DNA of 64,000 nucleotides from Balanoglossus misakiensis (lineage: Eukaryota > Animalia > Hemichordata). Numbering within the stretch: the first letter of the stretch is position 1; the number at the start of each line of letters is the position of its first letter. The translations under genes and the position numbers were made by a program. Shown one piece after another: positions 38,182-46,210 of this stretch. The notes below the pieces were generated by a model that did no database searches, was not told the DNA's origin, and saw nothing but the letters and a program-made list of their open reading frames with translations. The stretch lies in contig CM082580.2 of the NCBI GenBank assembly GCA_040954595.2, positions 5,322,783-5,386,782 of the forward strand, written 5' to 3'.

Positions 38182-38838
38182 TAGAAATTAACTGGTAATT
38201 GGGCGATCTTAATCGATAAATGGTGTGACTATGTTACCAGCTTGTCACAGGCATTCATGATGCTGACATCAAAGGTTGCTCTTTTTGTTGTAGGGTCAAA
38301 AATTGACGGAAGTCGGATACTTTCCATCATTCTGCGTGGAAGTTTTGCAACCATGGGAACGCGTTTTGCGCGTCACGCGGAGTTACACTGCACCGGAACA
38401 TAGCGATCAAATATCACTGAAACGCAACCAGGTACCGTACTTCTGGATTTCAAAGAAAGATCTGGTCACACTGACCCTTAACTGTCATTGATGATGGCAA
38501 CAAAGAAACCGTTGCCGTAAAGTGGTCGTGGTTTACGACGATGTAAGGGTTTTGTCAGCTATAACAGTTAGGCTAGGTACACTGTATGATGGGCATGAAA
38601 GAATTGAACTTGTCTTATGAACAAAAATATCTCCAGTAGACGGCAACTCGGTCTTTTAATTTTATCAAGCGATTTTTTCTCACTTTCACCGCTTGTCTAT
38701 TTCCAGATTGTTATACAGATATCGAGCGCGGAGAACGGTTGGGCACGAGTGAAGACTGGCCAACGTGAAAAGGGACGCTTTCCCTATCAGTATTTACAGC
38801 CAGTATCATCGCGCCGCCAGGACTCGGGCTCAACATGA
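19993..38838 (+). CDS. STAC: Multi-exon STAC-family adaptor (F-BAR/coiled coil - C1 - STAC motif - SH3 - SH3), 23 exons, about 804 aa, 5' end incomplete
   Basis: The exons are bounded by polypyrimidine-AG and GT sites and join into one open frame ending TGA at 38836-38838. Joined translation gives a C1 domain (HLFQEHVFKKQTSCENC...CTACKMAAHMKC...C), VDFVYETIK (cf. STAC VDPVYETLR), tandem SH3 (YVALYNF...DLSL.PGD...WWKG...GYFP; ERVLRVTRSY...QISLKRNQIV...GRFP) and F-BAR-like helices (AHNEYLLQLTAINQF). Homology is recognised from memory, not from a search. Confidence 0.88.
20269..20338 (+). CDS. STAC: STAC-like exon, F-BAR (DDELPGLVGLWRTILEETDSEAE)
   Basis: (CT)n tract plus cag acceptor, gag|gtaacg donor, phase 2 to 0; carries the F-BAR 'W..IL.ET' motif. 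Confidence 0.85.
20589..20741 (+). CDS. STAC: STAC-like exon, F-BAR (VNRMLAKSFTDNLVLPLQDY...HRENLMK)
   Basis: cttttcag acceptor, aag|gtaaag donor, phase 0 to 0, coiled-coil composition. Confidence 0.88.
22382..22441 (+). CDS. STAC: STAC-like exon (CQKEYHESWTKAKSREPSSK)
   Basis: ctctccgtttcag acceptor, aag|gtaaga donor, 60 nt, phase 0 to 0. Confidence 0.8.
23865..23970. repeat. Compound pentanucleotide microsatellite (GTGTG)n(GATGT)n
   Basis: Directly visible. Confidence 0.95.
24834..24918. repeat. (GA)n microsatellite with (GACA)n tail
   Basis: Directly visible. Confidence 0.95.
25228..25341 (+). CDS. STAC: STAC-like exon, F-BAR (SSAMSACYQAHNEYLLQLTAINQFLQKYHQSAVPEVVT)
   Basis: Strong acceptor, |gtaagt donor, phase 0 to 0; 'NEYLL.L.A.N....Y....P' is characteristic of F-BAR domains (FCHSD/srGAP/FES-type). 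Confidence 0.9.
26920..27000 (+). CDS. STAC: STAC-like exon (DFEESHLHFLKSIAQCLTVTAKAGHDR)
   Basis: gttttgcag acceptor, agg|gtaagt donor, phase 0 to 0. Confidence 0.85.
30700..30861 (+). CDS. STAC: STAC-like exon (SKERLKRLESIMDTCAAIENLKD...PGHGIPA)
   Basis: Pyrimidine tract plus tgcag acceptor, |gtgagt donor, phase 0 to 0. Confidence 0.85.
31201..31289 (+). tRNA. tRNA-Arg, anticodon CCT (31234-31236), with a 16-nt intron (31238-31253)
   Basis: Cloverleaf: acceptor GCCCCTG/CAGGGGT, A box TGGCCTAATGG, anticodon stem TCGGT/ACCGA, T arm GCGGG-TTCGAGT-CCCGC. The intron lies at the canonical 37/38 position and a T6 run follows. Confidence 0.93.
31292..31297 (+). terminator. RNA polymerase III terminator (T6) of the tRNA-Arg gene
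   Basis: TTTTTT 2 nt after the tRNA 3' end. Confidence 0.8.
31480..31560 (+). CDS. STAC: STAC-like exon (EFLTEELISNDETSGPLRERHDSLKRE)
   Basis: ttttttactccag acceptor, gag|gtaatg donor, phase 0 to 0. Confidence 0.82.
31754..31824 (+). CDS. STAC: STAC-like exon, coiled coil (ARELEVTISYSEKAIETLLDRYE)
   Basis: Long T tract plus ccag acceptor, |gtgagt donor, phase 0 to 2; required to keep frame with the next exon. Confidence 0.85.
31940..32051 (+). CDS. STAC: STAC-like exon, coiled coil (HLENRHYGRANEVKEEILKLKQAKRNAKAQLAICKEQ)
   Basis: ttttcag acceptor, cag|gtaggg donor, phase 2 to 0. Confidence 0.85.
32278..32560 (+). CDS. STAC: STAC-like exon, Pro-rich linker plus first half of C1 domain (HLFQEHVFKKQTSCENCKGQLI)
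   Basis: tccgcag acceptor, g|gtgagt donor, phase 0 to 1, GC-rich open frame. Confidence 0.9.
32842..32933 (+). CDS. STAC: STAC-like exon, second half of C1 domain (GLTKQCVKCTACKMAAHMKCMELVPPCKRVE)
   Basis: cctttgcag acceptor, gag|gtaagt donor, phase 1 to 0; completes the H-x12-C-x2-C-x13-C-x2-C-x4-H-x2-C-x6-C pattern. Confidence 0.92.
33262..33309 (+). CDS. STAC: STAC-like exon (GRRKLSRQNSLTALTN)
   Basis: tcacag acceptor, |gtaagt donor, 48 nt, symmetric phase 0. Confidence 0.75.
33506..33611 (+). CDS. STAC: STAC-like exon (FTKKNLLKRQRSLSDIFSRLSSKDENDNTSKDGQS)
   Basis: ctttgcag acceptor, cag|gtaaaa donor, phase 0 to 1. Confidence 0.8.
33972..34164 (+). CDS. STAC: STAC-like exon with STAC conserved motif (ETEAEVDFVYETIKCAKSL...SSVVSSV)
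   Basis: gtttgcag acceptor, cag|gtaaga donor, phase 1 to 2; VDFVYETI resembles vertebrate STAC VDPVYETL. Confidence 0.88.
34426..34493 (+). CDS. STAC: STAC-like exon (LAKTQEARRSIMKGRSISLDHA)
   Basis: Pyrimidine tract with aag acceptor (the only in-frame option), cag|gtaagt donor, phase 2 to 1. Confidence 0.75.
34993..35012 (+). CDS. STAC: Candidate alternative 20-nt microexon (VAHHGLR)
   Basis: ttag acceptor, agg|gtaagt donor; phase 1 to 0, the same as the following 26-nt exon. Confidence 0.4.
35137..35162 (+). CDS. STAC: 26-nt microexon (DPKISKKGS)
   Basis: tttttcccccaaacag acceptor, cg|gtgagt donor; phase 1 to 0 bridges the flanking exons. Confidence 0.7.
36170..36371. mobile_element. 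Degenerate ~200-bp MITE, PIF/Harbinger-like
   Basis: Imperfect TIRs: gggcagaactatttcatttctggggg on the left versus the reverse complement ggagagaaccatttgatttctgagggg on the right; flanked by TAA and TGA. Confidence 0.65.
36633..36698 (+). CDS. STAC: Probable (possibly cassette) exon (QTIPGKDVDTMSLHQIPEIPQN)
   Basis: cgcag|cag tandem acceptor, |gtaaat donor, 66 nt, symmetric phase 0, open frame. Confidence 0.55.
36960..37101. mobile_element. Dispersed repeat fragment, probable end of a TTAA-targeting non-autonomous DNA transposon
   Basis: Shares ttattctcaattttaag and gactttgactttc.aggcgcat with 7589-7668; ends ...gcgcatactacc-TTAA. Confidence 0.55.
37319..37435 (+). CDS. STAC: STAC-like exon (VRKRSYAGCETKRSVSLPSDPQKGRIVYQYVDPESAPFQ)
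   Basis: Strong acceptor, cag|gtgaga donor, phase 0 to 0. Confidence 0.85.
37593..37669 (+). CDS. STAC: STAC-like exon, start of SH3-1 (DDLDSSRRYVALYNFEGTKPDDLSL)
   Basis: T tract plus cgcag acceptor, |gtaagt donor, phase 0 to 2; canonical SH3 ALY.F...DL motif. Confidence 0.92.
37936..37987 (+). CDS. STAC: STAC-like exon, SH3-1 (PGDIVKILDKTSEQWWK)
   Basis: gacag acceptor, aag|gtacgt donor, phase 2 to 0; SH3 GD.I...WW motif. Confidence 0.92.
38096..38181. repeat. (GAT)n microsatellite, intronic
   Basis: Directly visible; lies between two SH3 exons. Confidence 0.95.
38294..38431 (+). CDS. STAC: STAC-like exon, end of SH3-1 and start of SH3-2 (GQKLTEVGYFPSFCVEVLQPWERVLRVTRSY...QISLKRNQ)
   Basis: gttgtag acceptor, cag|gtaccg donor, phase 0 to 0; short-linked tandem SH3 as in STAC. 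Confidence 0.92.
38707..38838 (+). CDS. STAC: Terminal coding exon, end of SH3-2 (IVIQISSAENGWARVKTGQREKGRFPYQYLQPVSSRRQDSGST*)
   Basis: tttccag acceptor, phase 0, stop TGA at 38836-38838. Confidence 0.9.
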   Translation: MVIQISSAENGWARVKTGQREKGRFPYQYLQPVSSRRQDSGST

Positions 38839-40372
38839 TGACAAAGCGCCACCGCTTCACTGCGGTTTCAGCTATGATTTGACTTGGGGCGATCGACTGA
38901 TTTCGGGTCCGGACATCCTCCGTCGGAAAGGGACGAATTCAAGTTGTGTTGACAAGAGCGCCCTCGATTGGCCGGCGGCGATCATATCGTCGGTTGCCAA
39001 AAATCCGATTGGGACAGTTGCTGCGACGACGCGCGTGCGCGTTGGAGGGCAAACGCCTCTCCGATGTCGCGCTCATTCCTTCGGCTTTTCTGCTGTGAGG
39101 AAGGACGCAGCAGAAATTGGTTAATAAGCAACAATGACCTTAATCTTGGCGGAGTAATTATGTGCTCTAGCCCAAAAAGCGCCCAGGCGTTTCCGACCTC
39201 GAAGTGTTCACACCTGTTGCATTGTTGCGCTTGGAAATCTGGGACATGTTTACAAGTATATGCCGAATCAGATGATGATCGTCGTGATTCGTATGAAACT
39301 ATCATGGCGTATACCTCAATAATCTATTGCGATGACGACGAAATTCCAACATTGAAAAAATGTTGAAGTGACAGAAATTGACAAGAGATGTTTATATAGT
39401 AATCCTTATAACTTGTATAAGGGAGTCATTTTTCGAGTTGTATAAAATCCCAAAATCAGACACGGATTTTTGAAGCGAGTGGTGTTTGGACTTGCTTTTG
39501 TGTGTTTGCACATTTTAGTGCCCAAAAGCTACAAGAACTTAGTTACTTATTCACGTACAATTTTTGTTGTTGCAAATTTTACATTTTTCAATAATTTTAC
39601 GAAATATTATTTTTTATCAGAACGATATACATGTACAGAGATTTTCAGGATTTAAAATTATTTATTTTATAACGGACGTGGCAATAGTTTACCTGAGTGA
39701 CAGGCAAAATTTTTACCTCTTCAACTTTTACATTTTTTCACAGCGATAAGATGTTCGAGGTTAATCGAAATCAGTGGGTTCTCATGTGAAATTTAAATTT
39801 TGACGACCGGGGTTGCAATACCACATTATTTTGGGAATATTAGAAGGTCATTTGGGTAGTTGAGTTTGACCTCATTTGACCCCTCCTTTAGGCTCACGTT
39901 GTCCACGGCGACATGTTTAGTTGGGTGGATGTGAATGAGGCGTTTTTACATCACTTTCGCATTTTAGTACAAGATAGGCGTTAATACAGACTACTGTTTA
40001 TCGATAGATTTCTGCCAATGGAGACCGCGTACTTGGGTAACTTAACTGCCATCTGATTGTGTCGCCGGAATTTTTGAAGCGGATTGCTCCTTGACAAGAA
40101 ATCCCTGTCAAATTCGCCCCCGCCATGAAAACTGGAAGATATTTCGCAACGGAGATATTTCGTTTTTAGCAAGGCGGAAGGGCAGGACATTTTGGAAGAA
40201 AGTAAAATGTATTTTACAATGCTGTTTGCAAACATGTTATATATTAACTGATGTACTTTGTGCGGAATTGTGTCTTGTATCGACTGATATGTTGAATGTT
40301 TTTTTTTGTGAAAATACTTTTAGTATAAGTACAAGACCCGTTTTGCATATTTGAAACATTCACTCACCTATG

Positions 40373-40625
40373 ACATACATACATACATACATACATACAT
40401 ACATACGTGTGTACATACATACGTGTGTACATACATACATACATACATACATACATACATACATACATACATACATACATACATACATACATACATACAT
40501 ACATACATACATACATACATACATACATACATACATACATACATACATACATACATACATACATACATACATACATACATACATACATACATACATACAT
40601 ACATACATACATACATACATACATA
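40373..40625. repeat. (TACA)n microsatellite, about 250 bp
   Basis: Directly visible, with two tacgtgtg interruptions near the 5' end. Confidence 0.97.
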
Positions 40626-43155
40626 AAATTTGGGTGTTACAAAGTTTACAATATGGTCTTCCTATTTTGACAATTTTTGAATGTCATACTGCCAGTTTGT
40701 CTCTATAATTCACGGCCACTAGCCGAAAATGCGGTTTCAACATAATATGGCCAGTTTTGACAGTATAATCTGAATTGACCTTTCAGCACTGTGACAAACG
40801 TCATATGATCAAATGCATATTTTTAAAGTGATTGTTCATTTCGGGATGTGAAATTTTCGCCAATCGCACAGCGTTCAGTCTGTATGCAATCGATACGGGT
40901 CAAGAATACTCAGAATCGCTGGTTTGAAGCTGTGACGTCACCACGGTGTCACAGTTGAAACTGCAATTGATTAATTACACTGAAATTTCTGAAAAGAAAT
41001 ACTAAATTAGCGCATGCACTCGGGGTCGTGATCTCCATTTTGTCGCGTGTCGCTTTTTGCTACTCACTATGTGAGTAATGTGTGTGCGGCCATGTTTTTT
41101 GCAAGTAATGAAATGTTGTTTATACCTCGATGTCGTTTAACTAATGTACATGGTATATAGTTGTACTTAATGTATCTCTTGTTGTTGACCTTCGCGTGTG
41201 TTACATGCAAATTTGTAAAAAAAAAAGGGGGGGGGGCTGTTTTAGTCGCGTATAGCTAACTTAACCGTGATTTTAAGCTTGAGCGGCGACGTTCCATTTG
41301 AGCATTTCCCGGCATCAATCCACACTGGTTTCAGTCGAAGGAGGAGAGGGGAAAGGTATAATTCACGTTCCCATCTCTGGTTGCCAAAACATACCGCTCA
41401 CGTGCTCTGGTGTCATCGTCAGCCGAAACTGCAGCGGCTATGACGTTTTCACTGCGCATGAATGTATGAATTATCCACCATGGTTTTTAGGCGGATTGGA
41501 CCGCCCAGGGGGTCGTATCACTATTCTTTCCTGAGTGACAGACCCGGTGACCGACTGTAACCAATTAGGGGCGGCTGTGCAAGGGGCACACGTACAACTT
41601 TCACTTTTCAAACATGTACATAATATTTTACCAAGACTGAATCCGTGGCGCATCGTGCATTGCAAACGCAAAAACACACACCAGCTCAAATATTTTACCA
41701 GTACAATTACAGATTGATAAAACGGGATATCATTTTTTCCAAATGATCAACGCATCTAGAATTTTACTGAATTGTAACCTCGATAACAAGTCTTATTTAC
41801 ACATGTCTAACGTTTGTATATATTTGCAGTTTGCTTGTATATTGTTTTGATTGTGTGTACCCCATCCATGTCCATGAAAGATATTTGTTTTGAGTTGTTT
41901 ACCAAGTTAGCAAACGTGTTTCATTGAAAGAATGCCCAGTAATATTGTGTGTCGTGTTGAACCACGAGCGATTGTCGTCTCTAAGCCCCGTACATGTACG
42001 CCGAGGGATTTTTTTTCTTTACATATTCTTCGGTTTGTGATTGGCTAAGAAGTTAGGCCATCTGAGGTGACGACACCCACGTGACGTCAGAAGCACAGCC
42101 TCGTTTTTTAGAAACGCGGCCGTCAAACATCATATGCAAATTCAGAAACATGACTTGATGCAATGGACGACGAGTGCTAGATTCTTCTGGCGCAAAGACC
42201 GCGAAATAACCCATTGGCAAATGGCCATTCTGATGCCAAAATTTTGAGTAGTTTATCGGATTCGACAATCGCTCTTGGTCAACTGGAAATTACCCTGAAT
42301 TTGACAAATATAACTTCAGGCTAAAATCACGCAGGTGGGAAAGATATACATTCTTATGTGTTCAGGGTCAAAGGTCAGCTGTTACTTACCTTGCATTTGA
42401 CATGACACATTTCATTTCTTCAGAAGCAAACGATGTCGGTAGAATTGTAAACGCGGATTGTACTGCGAGTAGAAAGTGGGAAATTGTTGTATCATCGTCT
42501 CGATCAATTGGGAAAGTGGTACTTACGTGATTTATTTTATCATGATTTTCAAGTGCCCGCCTTTTCTCCGTCACTCCACTTCTTTAGAAGTGCCGTTTAC
42601 CGAAAGAACCTGTTTAATTAAATTGGCGCCATTCAGGGTGCCTGATCGTATTGAATTCTGGGTCGTTTTTTCCCTAACCGACCGACCGACCAACCAAACA
42701 ACCGACCGGAATTTCACCGAGTGTCACTGGCAGTTCTGCTGTGAAATTTTTATCACTAACCCATTTCAGCCATTACACCTGCAGACCAAATTTCACCCCA
42801 CCCAGTCAGGGGTTGACACATCGGCCAACATACAGTCATTACCATCTGTCTTCATACACTATTACATGCATTCTACCAGAAAATAATCGTTAACCCGTAA
42901 AATTTATTCTCATCGACAGCATTGATCTTTATTATGATTTACGCAGATTGATGATTGGCTGAACGAGCCGATATTCACTGATGAGTAACGAATGAACGGC
43001 TGCGTACTTGTGCGTGCACGCATCGATGCATTCATGCACGCACCGATGCACGTATGCATGCATGGATAGATAGATAGATACACCAATGTTTGTGATATAC
43101 TTGCACGTATATGCATGATGCTTTAGATAAGAGGATTGACGCGTGGAGACTCACT

Positions 43156-43308
43156 GACAGACAGACAGACAGAAAGAAAGAAAGAAAGAAAGACAACCAG
43201 GCCGACAGACACACAGACGGGCAGACAGACAGAAAGACAGTCAGCCAGAGACAGACAGACGGACGGACGGACGGACGGACGGACGGACGGACAGACAGAC
43301 AGACAGAC

Positions 43309-43383
<75 letters not shown>

Positions 43384-43403
43384 CAGATAGATAGATAGAT
43401 AGA
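43156..43403. repeat. Compound tetranucleotide microsatellite (GACA/GAAA/GACG/GATA)n
   Basis: Directly visible. Confidence 0.95.
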
Positions 43404-44377
43404 CATGTGGGTGGGCGTGTGGGTGGGTAGGTTGATGGAACGGAAGAAGACTGGCCCACAAACGAAAGAAAGAAGGCGAAAGCGACAGATACACGCGAGA
43501 AAAAAGTGACAACCCCCTGTAGCATAGTTCACTTTATCCCGTCATGAAATGTATAGCTTCTTCAATTAAAAAGAAATAAAACTGCATAAGATAATCCCCC
43601 GGGTGGCCAACTTTCCATTACATAATCTTTTCGAGTGAATAAAACTTCCTGTTAGATAATATAAATGATGCTCATCCTTATCGTAATACTGGTATACGAA
43701 CCCTGGGACAGTTGCCATGGACACTAAAAGCAGCTTCTCGCGAGATTTAAAGATTTATTTTAATGATTTCCATATAAACTAGACTCGAGAAACAACTACA
43801 TGTAGGCTTAAAAGTACGCAATTCTATAAGCGAATTTCTGCCCCCACCCACTCCAAATTTTATTGCGCTTGTATCTCCATGGGTGCACAGACGGCGGTTA
43901 AATAGAATGATTGCGATGACGGCTTGCTCTCAATTGTCCAAAAGTGCCCCTCTAAATTCTAGTGACGAGGATTTTCAAAAGCAGTAAGCCGAGAACCAAA
44001 AGGCACGCTGGGACGCCATTAACATTTTCCTTTATCAGTAATGGGGAAAATCTCATCTCCCGATCAGCAATTGTGACAAACAAAGCTGAAAAATTGACCT
44101 TCGTATGGATGTGAAATGCGCATTTGAAACCGCAAACAAATTATCTGTTAATTGGACAGTATAGACGTCTGAGACGACAATGTGGCGACAGCGAGAGACA
44201 CTTTTACGGCACTTATCTTACCGTTGTAGAATGTCCCCACAGGATGACAATACCTACATTCAAAAGATATGAAATGCGTGCTTGTTTCGTAAATTGTTAT
44301 ACAGCTGAATGAATGCATGTGATTAGATTTAGCATGACGACGGCGATGACGAAGACGATGATTATAATTATTGACTA

Positions 44378-44405
44378 ATCATCATCATCATCATCATCAT
44401 CATCG

Positions 44406-44501
<96 letters not shown>
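44378..44501. repeat. (CAT)n microsatellite
   Basis: Directly visible. Confidence 0.97.
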
Positions 44502-44504
<3 letters not shown>

Positions 44505-46210
44505 CAACGCAACGTTTGTAACAGTAACAGCTGGTATGCCATTTACATTAAAGTTGAGATTGAATAATGGTCGATTCGACTATTTCTACAGCCACAATGA
44601 CAAGACTTCAAATCATCAACTGAGAACAAGTCTTACTGAAACATTTTCGTAGTCGCTGAGAAAACGAGGCATCCATAATTTAAAATCTCTAATGTGTAAA
44701 CCATCAACCTAAATTGTGAATTTGCAATATTAATGACTCGATATGAAACACACTACATTATGTTTATTTTCAATGTCGGCTTTTCGAGAATACAGCAATT
44801 CCGGATTTTAATGGCAGTCGAAATGTCAATATTGAGGGCCCGTCAGGTTAGCAAATATTTCCTTCCTGATTGTCTTCAGTTGTCAACGCCCTCATGTTAA
44901 TTAGTCCGATTTCAAGTCGGATTTTATTGAGACAATTCATCTTATTGAAACGCCCTCAGAGAAGTGCACATACGAGAAAACAACATTGGTCTGCGCATGT
45001 CTTCATATCGCCACGTTTGACTATAATATGTTACTGAAAGTGCCCGAAACAACAGTGTTCATTCTTGCGTCAAGTCATCGGCGAGACGTGGCCGACTGCA
45101 GGGAAATTCTCATAACAAGAGTCGATGGTCGACCTCAGCACGCGTTCGTATGCTGGTGTGTGACAGATTGAGTCCACGTTTACCCCAAAGGTCCCAGGCG
45201 CCTCGAAACCAAACGCGCGCTCGATATCATCGTCGTATCCCGTGGTCGTCTGCACCGGCGCGCCACTGAAACTTTGCCGCCAAAACTACACCAACAGAGA
45301 CAGCGCGGGAACAGACCTGATCGAGGCTGCAAAAATTGACTTCGCCCGAGTATCGCTGACAGTAGAGAGGTAAGTGAGTACATGTATACTTGTCGAAGAC
45401 CACTCGGAATACATTCACAGATTAGATATTCAGTTAACATCATGTTCCGCGCTCATAAAACACAAGACATCAGCAGAATTACATTGATCATTGATAAATT
45501 ACCCGGAGTGAAGAGATCCCCATCCTCGCCATTACGACTGAATAACTTTTGAGAATCGTCAAGGCGACGTCAGAGTGTAGCGTTCAATCATGGCCTGGTA
45601 TTTTCAACAAATCTCTTCCGTGCTCCACCATACACGCGCGGGGGATTTAGGCGGATCATTGAGAACATAATAGTGATATTACCGTGCGATCATCTGACCT
45701 CTTGCTCAATATCAACAAAAGTTCAACTCCGTGTTGCATGACTGGGGAATTTGTCTAATGCACAAATCATTTGACGATAGGAAATTTCGAATACACGTTG
45801 ACAAAAGTCAAACCCTGTCGATGTCACACAAGATACTGTGCTATGTTGAATCTCCATGAACCAAACATCTCTTCAATCACCTAATATCCACTGTCCGGGG
45901 CGTCTGTTACCTGTTTTGAGAAAGTAAATCGACTAAAGGAAGGGTACATTGAAAAGTAACTGCTTTAATTTCAGGCCATTTGACGAGTTTGCAAAGCCTA
46001 AGCAATGACGTCAGTTTAAATTTGAAGCTTTCACATCGTTCAAGTACCGATGAAGAATCATCGCTGAATAGTATCCGTAGTGATAATATGTGGCTTTTCA
46101 GCAGTGCTAATAATAGTTTATATTTAATTGATTAGAAAGAACGTTACGAGAACTAGTATACTTGTATTTTATGTACCTTGTTTATCGCTTTCTCTTTATT
46201 ATAAAAAATA

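Noticed and set aside
37941-38198. Poly-Asp ORF
   Set aside because: Intronic (GAT)n; the real exon 37936-37987 is read in a different frame.
40351-40708. ORFs of YIHT/MYVC repeats
   Set aside because: Translations of the (TACA)n microsatellite.
43032-43532. ORFs with SIYL/DRQT repeats
   Set aside because: Translations of compound tetranucleotide microsatellites.
44371-44652. Poly-His ORF
   Set aside because: Translation of (CAT)n; no splice context or domain.
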